DNA of 64,000 nt from a virus. Its lineage: Duplodnaviria > Heunggongvirae > Uroviricota > Caudoviricetes. Positions 7,803 through 14,186 of this stretch are shown here, in pieces. Position 1 is the stretch's first letter; each line of letters opens with the position of its first letter. Under the pieces are notes generated by a model. The model searched no databases. It saw only the letters and a program-made list of their open reading frames with translations, and was not told the DNA's origin. The stretch is from IMG/VR virus record IMGVR_UViG_3300009709_000001, positions 160,001 through 224,000 of that record, one strand, 5' to 3'. Position numbers and translations under genes: made by a program.

Positions 7803-8006
7803 TTACTTGGCTGGTGCATCCGGAATGTTATCGCAAACACCAGTCTGAGTGCATCTATAATCGACACATTCTCTCAACTTTGGATCGGCCTGGCACTTCT
7901 TATCAAATTCGGCCTTTTCGACCTGAGCTGGCGTTGGTTCGCCGCAAGCTGTTAACCCTGCAATAAAACCAAGTGATAGAAGAACTGTAAAAATTACCTT
8001 TGTCAT
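7803..8006 (-). CDS. small lipoprotein
   Basis: Hydrophobic signal peptide with LTAC lipobox; Cys-rich; ATAAATA motif upstream. Confidence 0.75.
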   Translation of the reverse strand: MTKVIFTVLLSLGFIAGLTACGEPTPAQVEKAEFDKKCQADPKLRECVDYRCTQTGVCDNIPDAPAK

Positions 8007-8092
8007 AATTATCTCCGTTGTGTAGTTTGTCTATTGGACAAACTATTTATGATGCTTTTCTTACTATTTTGAAAAATAGTAAAATCTAATAT

Positions 8093-8168
8093 TGGCCGGC
8101 TAGGAACGACTCGAACGCTCAACCTTTGGTTTTGGAGACCACTGCGCTGCCAATTGCGCTACTAACCG
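8093..8168 (-). tRNA. tRNA-Trp(CCA)
   Basis: Loop CT-CCA-AA, G73. Confidence 0.9.
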
Positions 8169-8175
8169 AAATTAT

Positions 8176-8250
8176 AGGTGCCGAGACTGGACTTAAAGAT
8201 TACAGAAAGGGCCAGTCCGTCCGGCGGTTGCTGAAGTGCAGTAACCTTTC
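8176..8250 (-). ncRNA. CAGCAA-module RNA variant
   Basis: AGGTTAC...TTCAGCAA followed by GCCGG..GACTGG/CCAGTC.CGGC stem. Confidence 0.45.
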
Positions 8251-8261
8251 TTACTAAATTA

Positions 8262-8338
8262 TGGCAGGGCGGGAGAGATTCGAACTCTCAACGTGCAATT
8301 TTGGAGACTGCTGTTTTACCAATTGAAACTACCGACCT
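8262..8338 (-). tRNA. tRNA-Trp(CCA), second copy
   Basis: Loop CT-CCA-AA, G73. Confidence 0.9.
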
Positions 8339-8347
8339 ATCGAAATT

Positions 8348-8423
8348 TGGCTCCGTGTGAACGATTCGAACGCTCCTCACCTGGTTAACAGCCAGGGGTA
8401 CTCACCAAGAATACGAACACGGA
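8348..8423 (-). tRNA. tRNA-Asn(GUU)
   Basis: Loop CT-GTT-AA. Confidence 0.9.
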
Positions 8424-8437
8424 ATTATTTTATATTA

Positions 8438-8516
8438 TGGAGCGGGCAGGGAGAATCGAACTCCGCGAGCTACGGTGTGGAAGACCGTTGTGCGCCCTTT
8501 GCACTAGTCAACCCGC
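8438..8516 (-). tRNA. tRNA-Gly(UCC), atypical D region
   Basis: Loop CT-TCC-AC, U73; 5' half overlapped by the HNH reading frame. Confidence 0.75.
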
Positions 8517-8913
8517 CTTTAATTAATGCACCTCTTCCTCGGCCCTTATTCTTAGAGCCGTAGAATTCGGTTTGTGTATGGCAATTTGGACATAGAAGAG
8601 TTAAATTATCTTCGTTATTATTCCGGCTATTACCGTCAATATGTTCCAATTGTAATGTCAGGGATTTACCATTCCAGGTATTGCCTTGTCTACATGACTG
8701 GCAAGTGTCATTAAACTTTTCAAGAATATATCGCCTAATAAACGAACTAGTCTGTGTCTCACCCTTTAGGCCATTTTCTAATCCGTTTTTCCAACGATCT
8801 ATATATTCATTATATTGATGTGTATGTTGGCACAGATGCCCACAGAATTTATTCTTCTTGTTGGAGGCTTTCTTTACACCAATTCCACAACAAAGGCAAA
8901 CATAAATAGACAT
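8470..8913 (-). CDS. HNH homing endonuclease
   Basis: CQSC...LQLEHIDGNSRNN...LLCPNCH. Confidence 0.9.
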   Translation of the reverse strand: MSIYVCLCCGIGVKKASNKKNKFCGHLCQHTHQYNEYIDRWKNGLENGLKGETQTSSFIRRYILEKFNDTCQSCRQGNTWNGKSLTLQLEHIDGNSRNNNEDNLTLLCPNCHTQTEFYGSKNKGRGRGALIKGGLTSAKGAQRSSTP

Positions 8914-9088
8914 AACGCGATCTCCTGTTATGATTATTTATGATCGCGTGGTTATTCGTGCCACGCATTTATGAATCGGCGTCTGACTTCCGATACTTAA
9001 AGATAGCACCGGCATTTCATCCGGTTTGCATGATCAAGGCCTGGCTATCTATGTTATGTTCTTGCGGGGGCCGTAGCCCCCGGCTTGT

Positions 9089-10120
9089 TTAGACCGTTGC
9101 AGCGGACCAGATCATCAGGTTCGTACCTTCGGTCAGCTTGCGGTTGACGGAAGTCGACTGGACGAAGATGTCGTACTGGCCATGTGCACCAGGAGCAACC
9201 TTGCAGTCACCCACATGCGGGAGGCCGAGCATGTCACGAGCAGAGAAACCACTGTAGACAGAACCGGACTTCTTGTCACGGATTGCGATCTGCTTGTAGT
9301 CCTGGACCGTTTCGGTCTTGGCCAGCTGATAGAAAGCGCAACCCTTCGTGAACGTCACACCTTGTGCTTGCACGAAATCGCGAATTTGCACGCCGTCGTT
9401 CACAGCGTCGACGCGATACACGTCAACTTCCTGCGAAATGTCCACCAGTGCAGCCTTGACTTCTGCCACCGAAACCTTGCTCAGGTCGGTGTAGAACTTG
9501 TCAGTAGAGCCAACACCTGCGGAACGTGCAGCATAGAAGCCCTTGAACGCAGCCTTGGTAGACGCAGTCGAAGCAGCCATGCCGCGCTGGGTTTGCTCCC
9601 ATTCCTGGATGTTGCCTGCGGGGATACCGTAGCGCACCAGTGTGGCTGCATCACCCTTCGGGACACGGAACACGAATGTCCAACGGTCGGTGGCTTGCAG
9701 TTGCTTGATCATTGCGCCGATCTGCGGACCGGAATACTTCACGCTGGCGTTCTCGCCACCGTCGGTAGTCACAAAGACCAGGAACGAAACTTCGGGATCA
9801 GCACCGTCCGGTGCAGCCTGCAGTTGCTCGATCAGGGAGCCAACAGCGTCGAACAGCGGCGTACCGCGGCCTTCTGCTGTGTAATCAGCCTCGGCAATGG
9901 GGGCCAGGGCGATGATCGAAGAATTCGAAACCACAGTACGAACATCGCTGGTGCGACCGTAACCGAGTTCAACAACCGACACGATAGTGTCGATGCCGTA
10001 TGCCACGGCTTCTTCCTTGATAGCTGCGATGCTGTCGTTGTAATCACGTGCGGCGTGACGAGCAATACCGCTCATCGAGCCGGAGTGATCTCGGGCAAAG
10101 CCGAAGTAATTCTTCTTCAT
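9089..10120 (-). CDS. von Willebrand factor A (MIDAS) domain protein
   Basis: DHSGS, TPLFDA, TTDG MIDAS motifs; visibly GC-richer than its neighbours. Confidence 0.85.
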   Translation of the reverse strand: MKKNYFGFARDHSGSMSGIARHAARDYNDSIAAIKEEAVAYGIDTIVSVVELGYGRTSDVRTVVSNSSIIALAPIAEADYTAEGRGTPLFDAVGSLIEQLQAAPDGADPEVSFLVFVTTDGGENASVKYSGPQIGAMIKQLQATDRWTFVFRVPKGDAATLVRYGIPAGNIQEWEQTQRGMAASTASTKAAFKGFYAARSAGVGSTDKFYTDLSKVSVAEVKAALVDISQEVDVYRVDAVNDGVQIRDFVQAQGVTFTKGCAFYQLAKTETVQDYKQIAIRDKKSGSVYSGFSARDMLGLPHVGDCKVAPGAHGQYDIFVQSTSVNRKLTEGTNLMIWSAATV

Positions 10121-10165
10121 AAATGCCTTTCTGTGTGTACGTCACAATTAACGTTTACAGGACTA

Positions 10166-10194
10166 ACTATATAAGTATGTCAAATTTTTGTCAA
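10166..10194 (-). promoter_or_regulatory. sigma70-type promoter for the vWA gene
   Basis: TTGACA-17-TATAGT. Confidence 0.75.
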
Positions 10195-10218
10195 CTGATT
10201 TTTATCAATTGATTTTTA

Positions 10219-10339
10219 TGGTTCCGCCCCAGGGAATCGAACCCCGTCTACTTCCTTATCATGGAATTTGAATTTATTGCTGAACGTATCCTTGGCAGGA
10301 TCACCTCGTTTAAGCATGCTACCGTTACATCAAAGCGGA
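10219..10339 (-). ncRNA. tRNA(GAU)-like RNA with the CAGCAA module inserted between D and anticodon arms
   Basis: TCCGCTT/GGGCGGA-A-CCA, D and T arms intact, insert ATCCTG-CCA-AGGATAC-GTTCAGCAA, hairpin TTCC-ATGATAA-GGAA. Confidence 0.7.
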
Positions 10340-10344
10340 ATTGT

Positions 10345-10437
10345 TGGTGCCAGAATTAGATATACCGATAGCGATCGTCTTTCCAGCATAGAAAATGGAG
10401 CAAGATACGTGATATAATCTAGTGATTCGTACCCGGC
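10345..10437 (-). ncRNA. rod-like RNA ending in ACCA
   Basis: GCCGGG/TCTGGC-A-CCA closing a long irregular hairpin; no T loop. Confidence 0.45.
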
Positions 10438-10443
10438 ACTGAA

Positions 10444-10505
10444 TGGCGCCACGTCTAATCCAACGTATACGGCTATAAGACCAGTTAGTTACGCAGGGAC
10501 ACGGC
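10444..10505 (-). ncRNA. 62-nt mini tRNA-like RNA
   Basis: GCCGTGT/ACGTGGC-G-CCA acceptor, no canonical D or T arms. Confidence 0.45.
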
Positions 10506-10511
10506 ATTGAT

Positions 10512-10587
10512 TGGTGGGTTCGCCCAGCATCGAACTGGGATCTCGCTGCTTAAGAGGCAGGACTCTAGCCAATTGAGTTACAAACCC
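10512..10587 (-). tRNA. tRNA-Lys(CUU)
   Basis: Loop CT-CTT-AA. Confidence 0.9.
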
Positions 10588-11429
10588 GTAACTTGTGATT
10601 TTGTTTCTATTCCTAATGCGGCAAATTGTGCCCTTATCTCGGTATTCACCATCGAATAATACTTTTTGGTATTGATTAAATGGCGGAGAAGCATGTGTCC
10701 GTCAATCTCTGGCGGTGTTTCATGATCCTCGATAGAAACGTTTGCGTAATGTTTCAACGCATTTGCATTGTTTCGGAACAGTAAATCAGTTCCAATTATG
10801 TCTGTCGACCAATGCATATTCAATTGCACTGATGGATTCTGGACATAATCATCTAGAAAATCTATAACATTGAAGTAAGACTTCATGTGTCCCACATTAT
10901 CATGGGCATAGATACAATGCTTTCTTGATAGCCAGTTCGTAAACTGACTAACATCAAATTCGTGTTCTCCACCAATTACCTTCAAATAAGGTGTAGTTAG
11001 GTTCAGAGAATGATAGGGTACATCAGCAGATGTAAGGATTGCAGGAATAGATCCGCCCGAATCAGCGAATACAACAGTTTTCTTTGTTGTACCATTGGTA
11101 TATAACTTCTCGTTCAGTATGTTTGCAATACCGAAGAAGGAATCACATACACCCATAATTCCGAGATAATTTGCAATGTAGACACCATGGTCTCTATTTG
11201 CATCTCTAATTGAAACTACGTTTACATGCTGACCTAGTTTATTGAAAAAGTGCTTCTTCCAAAAAACAAGAGTTCTTGCAATGCTCGAAGTAGTTGGGCC
11301 ACCTAGGCCATTAAACTGAATAAAAGTGACAGGCGATCTATCGCTAAAGTCAAATCCTATTCCATTTTCATGAATAAAAACTTGATCTGTTGATCTTCCG
11401 TAATTAATAGTTTCCGATGTATATGACAT
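10578..11429 (-). CDS. hypothetical protein, possible alpha/beta-hydrolase fold
   Basis: 283-aa ORF; VVFADSGG resembles a nucleophile elbow; stop lies inside tRNA-Lys. Confidence 0.6.
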   Translation of the reverse strand: MSYTSETINYGRSTDQVFIHENGIGFDFSDRSPVTFIQFNGLGGPTTSSIARTLVFWKKHFFNKLGQHVNVVSIRDANRDHGVYIANYLGIMGVCDSFFGIANILNEKLYTNGTTKKTVVFADSGGSIPAILTSADVPYHSLNLTTPYLKVIGGEHEFDVSQFTNWLSRKHCIYAHDNVGHMKSYFNVIDFLDDYVQNPSVQLNMHWSTDIIGTDLLFRNNANALKHYANVSIEDHETPPEIDGHMLLRHLINTKKYYSMVNTEIRAQFAALGIETKSQVTGL

Positions 11430-11436
11430 CGACTAT

Positions 11437-11727
11437 TTAGTACGGAAATTCATACCCGTATTCAGAAAGGTATCTTCGTGCCTTTCTCATAACTTCCTCA
11501 CTAGGCTGAACTTTCTTAAATCCAGTCCTTAGAATATAGAAATCTTCGCAATCGTTGTCAAATAACTCTATGTAATATAAATCGCCGCTGGTTAAACCTG
11601 CATGCGAATTACATACAAATAATGCCTTCTTGGCATTCGATGCGATGCGTACAACTTCTTCGCATTCGCCCGAAAGCGACCAGTCATATCGATAATTATC
11701 AGATACGTCGATAAAAAAAGGTTTCAT
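11437..11727 (-). CDS. hypothetical protein
   Basis: 96-aa ORF filling the gap between tRNAs. Confidence 0.65.
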   Translation of the reverse strand: MKPFFIDVSDNYRYDWSLSGECEEVVRIASNAKKALFVCNSHAGLTSGDLYYIELFDNDCEDFYILRTGFKKVQPSEEVMRKARRYLSEYGYEFPY

Positions 11728-11731
11728 ATCT

Positions 11732-11806
11732 TGGTACCCCTGACGGGATTCGAACCCGCCTGAGTAGGTTGAAAGCCTACGGACCTCACCAGAAGTCGAC
11801 AGGGGC
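11732..11806 (-). tRNA. tRNA-Glu(UUC)
   Basis: Loop CT-TTC-AA. Confidence 0.9.
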
Positions 11807-11812
11807 AGTGTT

Positions 11813-11898
11813 TGGTACCCTGTGGGGGATTCGAACCCCAGCCCTTTTGGGCATCACCTTGAAAGGGTGAGGACCGTTGCCAGCAGTCGACACAGGAT
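11813..11898 (-). tRNA. tRNA with UUC (Glu) anticodon and long variable arm
   Basis: Loop CT-TTC-AA; variable hairpin GCCC-AAAA-GGGC; A73. Confidence 0.75.
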
Positions 11899-11899
11899 A

Positions 11900-11973
11900 T
11901 GGTAGCTCCAACAAGAATCGAACTTGTGAGACCCGGTTATCGGCCGAGGATTATACCACTTAATTATGGAGCC
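11900..11973 (-). tRNA. tRNA-Ile(GAU)
   Basis: Loop CC-GAT-AA (C33 rather than U33). Confidence 0.85.
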
Positions 11974-12185
11974 ATTGATTGTTCGTATTGAATTAATTCC
12001 TGAATTATTTCGTCTCTATCAAAACTTCTTATGAAGTATGCATCTTCTGGGCTTATAGTACCCGGTTGATAATATCCGAATTTAATCAGAAAATCCATAG
12101 GAAGATGCCTAATCCTAAAATAGATATTATCTGTTCTAGGGATGTTATATTTCAGAGAGACATATAATTCGTCAATTTCATTCAT
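11964..12185 (-). CDS. hypothetical protein
   Basis: 73-aa ORF, stop inside tRNA-Ile. Confidence 0.55.
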   Translation of the reverse strand: MNEIDELYVSLKYNIPRTDNIYFRIRHLPMDFLIKFGYYQPGTISPEDAYFIRSFDRDEIIQELIQYEQSMAP

Positions 12186-12191
12186 AATATT

Positions 12192-12266
12192 TGGTTGCCA
12201 CGGTCAGGATCGAACTGACGACTCTTGCCTTATCAAGACACTACTCTACCACTGAGTTACGCGGCA
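12192..12266 (-). tRNA. tRNA-Ile(GAU), second copy
   Basis: Loop TT-GAT-AA. Confidence 0.9.
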
Positions 12267-12370
12267 ATAAATTCAAACGTGTTGCAGCTCATCTGCAATA
12301 CGGACAGCTATTGTAGTCACTGTCAAAACTAGATTGATAAAAATAAGTTCCATTTTATTTCTTTGTTAGT

Positions 12371-12449
12371 TGGTCGGGGATGCAGGATTCGAACCTGCGA
12401 CCTCTCACTTCCAAGGCGAGCCGTCTGACCTGACTGACAATAATCCCCG
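12371..12449 (-). tRNA. tRNA-Pro(UGG)
   Basis: Loop CT-TGG-AA, C1-G72, A73. Confidence 0.9.
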
Positions 12450-12512
12450 ATATTAGATAGTGCTGCCGGCTTCCATAACCGGTGGAATCTCATTCCCTAT
12501 ATCTAACGTTTT

Positions 12513-12588
12513 TGGTGCCGGCTAGAGGAATCGAACCCCTGACCTTCTGACTACAAAACAGTTGCTCTACCTACTGAGCTAAACCGGC
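12513..12588 (-). tRNA. tRNA-Thr(UGU)
   Basis: Loop TT-TGT-AG. Confidence 0.9.
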
Positions 12589-12598
12589 ATAATAAATT

Positions 12599-12653
12599 CA
12601 GAGTACGCTTTTTTCACCAATTGAAAGTAGTTTAAATTTGCTGAATGTACTCT
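12599..12653 (-). ncRNA. minimal CAGCAA-module RNA
   Basis: AGAGTAC-ATTCAGCAA...TTTCA-ATTGG-TGAAA...GTACTCTG. Confidence 0.6.
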
Positions 12654-12663
12654 TTAGAAAGCA

Positions 12664-12738
12664 TGGCGCCTCGTAGGGGAATCGAACCCCTTTGATCCGT
12701 TAGACAGACGGGCATAATAACCAGTATATGAACGAGGC
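12664..12738 (-). tRNA. tRNA-Asp(GUC)
   Basis: Loop CT-GTC-TA, G73. Confidence 0.9.
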
Positions 12739-12745
12739 AAAGATT

Positions 12746-12943
12746 TTAGTAATCGCTATAGATAATGTACCAGGATTCCTCTAATGGAGAAATTTCAATA
12801 CGAATAAGCTGAGATCGCATTACACCAGAATAGCGAAAGATGTAATCTTTCTCGTATTGTGGCATGTATCCAGAAGCAGCTTCAATACTAAAGTTCTGTG
12901 CTTCTTTTCTAAATTCAGCTGACCAAGGTACTTTTCGTTCCAT
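12746..12943 (-). CDS. hypothetical protein
   Basis: 65-aa ORF between RNA genes. Confidence 0.5.
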   Translation of the reverse strand: MERKVPWSAEFRKEAQNFSIEAASGYMPQYEKDYIFRYSGVMRSQLIRIEISPLEESWYIIYSDY

Positions 12944-12962
12944 AGCTTTATTTTGATTTAAT

Positions 12963-13016
12963 CAGTGTTCTTATTTTCAATTACAAGTTGAATTTTTAAT
13001 TTGCTGAACGAACACT
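12963..13016 (-). ncRNA. minimal CAGCAA-module RNA with UGU anticodon-like hairpin
   Basis: AGTGTTC-GTTCAGCAA...TTCAA-CTTGTAA-TTGAA...GAACACTG. Confidence 0.6.
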
Positions 13017-13023
13017 TTAGAAT

Positions 13024-13283
13024 TGGATTTAATGAGAAGACTCGAACTTCCACTGCCGGCTTAAATCGCGTATGCTGGGTACCGGAGTGCTACCTAGAAA
13101 AACTTCGAGTAATAATTCTTGATATGTCTAGTTTACCTTTTCTTGCTCTCGACCTGTTCCGCACTTCCCGGACTCACAGTGTTTGGTTTTAAAGCCTACG
13201 CGATTGTTATCGATTACATTACTTGGATACGTTCAATACCTGTCCTTAAGACCGTACTAATTTTTCCATTACACTACATTAAA
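13024..13283 (-). ncRNA. 260-nt tRNA-framed RNA with a ~190-nt structured insert replacing the anticodon loop
   Basis: TTTAATG/CATTAAA-T-CCA acceptor, T arm GGAAG-TTCGAGT-CTTCT, internal helices AATCGCGTA/TACGCGATT and CCGGGAAGTGC/GCACTCCGG. Confidence 0.65.
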
Positions 13284-13285
13284 AC

Positions 13286-13361
13286 TGGTGCCAAGGACTG
13301 GATTCGAACCAGTGACGCATAACTTTTCAGGCTACCGCTCTACCGCTGGAGCTACCCTGGC
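13286..13361 (-). tRNA. tRNA-Phe(GAA)
   Basis: Loop CT-GAA-AA. Confidence 0.9.
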
Positions 13362-13371
13362 ATGAAATTAT

Positions 13372-13446
13372 TGGTGGACCGTAGCGGAGTCGAACCGCTT
13401 TCATCGACGTGCAAGGCCGAGGTAATATCCCGTATACGAACAGCCC
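13372..13446 (-). tRNA. tRNA-Ala(UGC)
   Basis: Loop CT-TGC-AC, G3:U70. Confidence 0.85.
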
Positions 13447-13454
13447 AATAATTT

Positions 13455-13544
13455 TGGTGGACAATGCAAGAATCGAACTTGCACCTTGCCCCTATGCTAT
13501 TAGGGACTTTCAAATCAGCTGCAGATCATATCCCCAGCTTGTCC
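13455..13544 (-). ncRNA. non-canonical tRNA-like RNA (6-bp acceptor and 6-bp T stem)
   Basis: GGACAA/TTGTCC-A-CCA; TGCAAG-TTCGATT-CTTGCA; three internal hairpins. Confidence 0.55.
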
Positions 13545-13618
13545 AAATTGTCCAAATTGTTGTCCACCGACCGTCGGTGTGGACTCTAGAATGCTCTTGT
13601 GACTGCATTTCCAGGATT

Positions 13619-13695
13619 TGGTGGACACATTGGGGAATCGAACCCCAGACATCCTACTTGCAAGGCAGGCGTTCTCCCAACTGAACTAATGGCCC
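13619..13695 (-). tRNA. tRNA-Ala(UGC), second copy
   Basis: Loop CT-TGC-AA, G3:U70, bulged acceptor. Confidence 0.85.
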
Positions 13696-13907
13696 ATGAA
13701 ATTGGAGATAAGTGTGGCATATCGGTCGTTCCACAAGCTTTCGCATTACCCCTGCCTCTACTATCATCACCGGCGTGACTACCCTACTGGATGTAATGCA
13801 CTTTACTTACTCCGCTACCTGCTTCCGCGGTAGCATATAACTATTTGCAGTTGCAATTTTGACATAACTATTTAGCTTTGTCAACTGGCTTTGCAACTAC
13901 TTGAAAA

Positions 13908-13997
13908 TGGTGGACCGTAATAGATTTGAACTACTGAAGCTCCTTGGAGCGCCGTCGTCAAATGACGGTGGGTTTGTCCGCTTCCCCTAACGGGTCC
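13908..13997 (-). tRNA. type II tRNA-like gene with UUG anticodon
   Basis: CCGTC-ATTTGAC-GACGG, variable hairpin GCTCCAAGGAGC, bulged acceptor, A73. Confidence 0.6.
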
Positions 13998-14003
13998 GTA
14001 AAA

Positions 14004-14092
14004 TGGCGGGGCCTGATAGATTTGAACTACCGTGATCTTAAAGATAGTCGATTTTGGAGGTCGACCGGGTTCGCCCGCTTCCCTAAGTCCCC
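14004..14092 (-). tRNA. type II tRNA-like gene with CCA centred in a 9-nt anticodon loop
   Basis: GTCGA-CCTCCAAAA-TCGAC, long variable arm, G73. Confidence 0.6.
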
Positions 14093-14098
14093 ATTGAT

Positions 14099-14186
14099 TG
14101 GTGTGTACTGAAGGAATCGAACCTCTTGCCTACCTCCCACCTTATTTAGGCCACTGTTTTACAGACAGCGAGCGGGGACAGCACAC
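14099..14186 (-). tRNA. D-armless tRNA-Tyr(GUA)-like gene
   Basis: GCTGT-CTGTAAA-ACAGT, 26-nt variable region, D arm replaced by GTCCCCGCTC. Confidence 0.65.

Noticed and set aside
9182-10174. 330-aa plus-strand ORF
   Set aside because: Antisense shadow of the GC-rich vWA gene, with no motifs
7472-13016. CRISPR array from the repeated TTGCTGAA motif
   Set aside because: Copies are dispersed, short and covarying rather than regularly spaced identical repeats; no cas genes
13024-13283. Canonical tmRNA or group I intron-containing tRNA
   Set aside because: No G3:U70, no recognisable tag peptide, and no correctly placed terminal G or P7 by eye; kept as an unknown RNA
13455-13544. Selenocysteine tRNA
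   Set aside because: The TCA triplet is on the plus strand; the CCA-bearing strand has no UCA anticodon arm
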